Shown in pieces: positions 63,266-64,000 of a stretch of DNA of 64,000 bases (positions are counted from its first letter, which is position 1; the number at the start of each line of letters is the position of its first letter). The notes below the pieces were generated by a model. The model did not search any database, was not told where the DNA came from, and saw nothing but the letters and a program-made list of their open reading frames with translations. Source of the stretch: Botryllus schlosseri (lineage: Eukaryota). The DNA is taken from the NCBI GenBank assembly GCA_051294905.1, contig CM119372.1:31002001-31066000 (forward strand), given 5' to 3'. The position numbers were made by a program, and so were the translations under genes.

Positions 63266-63775
63266 CCCGAAGATGTTTAATTATTATTTACGGGCCCTCC
63301 CGTTTTGAAGACACTTCACTCAGCTCTACCGGTAAATCTAATTACGTGAGTAGGGAGGACAATAAATTGATAGCATAATATTTATGCAATCGCCGATCTG
63401 ATTGACCGATTTTATCATAAATTATCGAGAATTTTCGCGCTTCGCGCTGGCTCACAATACAGTACAGATGATTTCGTGACAAACGCGAACAACGTGATGG
63501 AGGGGTCGTTTCATCACCCTATGGGAGCCCAAGACCCACGTTTTTAGGGGCCTGACGAGGCGCTGTTTTGTTCCTACCAACGGGTATACGTCCGAAGATG
63601 TTTAATTATTATTGAGTGGTCCTACCTTTTCAAACACACCTCACTCAGCTCTACCGGCAAATCTGATTACGTGAGCAGAGAGAAGATAAAAATTGATAAC
63701 AATATATATGCAATTCCCGACCATACTGACCGATTCAGTCATTAATTCTAGAAATTTCCCGCGCTTCGCGCGCTT
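63266..63775. repeat. Dispersed repeat of about 185 bp, two direct copies (63266-63448, 63592-63775)
   Basis: CCGAAGATGTTTAATTATTATT...CACTCAGCTCTACCGG...CGCGCTTCGCGC occurs twice; inverted diverged copy at about 44100-44300. Confidence 0.7.
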
Positions 63776-63888
63776 ATAGGCGACAAAAGCTGATTCACTA
63801 AACAAACTCCCAACACATATCATAAATAGCGGTAAACAGGGTATCGCCAGAGGGGAGTGTGGGGGCGAAGCCCCCCAGAAGTTCAGCC

Positions 63889-64000
63889 CAGTGCTTTTCA
63901 ACCTTTTTGAGCTACATTCGCACTTTTTTTTTGAAAAATTATTTCATTCGCACCAGTCAGCCGAAATTTAGCACACGAAAAGAAAATGAAGAAACTTATC
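63889..64000. mobile_element. End of a hAT-like element running off the window
   Basis: CAGTGCTTTTCAACC...CATTCGCAC, resembling the reverse complement of the right end of 38320-39771. Confidence 0.6.

Overview
This is AT-rich, intron-containing animal genomic DNA. The gene sequences, 55-70 bp mini-introns and GTT-type donors suggest an invertebrate chordate such as a tunicate (inference only). It holds two convergent multi-exon genes, reconstructed by hand. On the + strand is the 3' part of TMEM181 (13 exons, 1672-13485), which contains a U12-type AT-AC intron. On the - strand is a complete DBH-like copper monooxygenase of MOXD1 type (15-16 exons, 40122 down to 19932 or 19284) with all copper ligands intact. 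The remainder is dense in DNA transposons: many hAT MITEs with 8-bp target-site duplications (TSDs), tRNA-derived SINEs, a Charlie/SPIN-like and a Chapaev3-like transposase fossil, and a 10.4-kb nested hAT stack (52562-62970) carrying a truncated Ac-type transposase and an almost intact hATm-like element. I found no prokaryote-style system, CRISPR array or rRNA/tRNA gene, and no wholly new system can be claimed. The best leads are the minor intron, the nested hAT stack, direct evidence for TA-GGCC-TA excision footprints, and an inverted MITE pair bracketing two catalytic exons.
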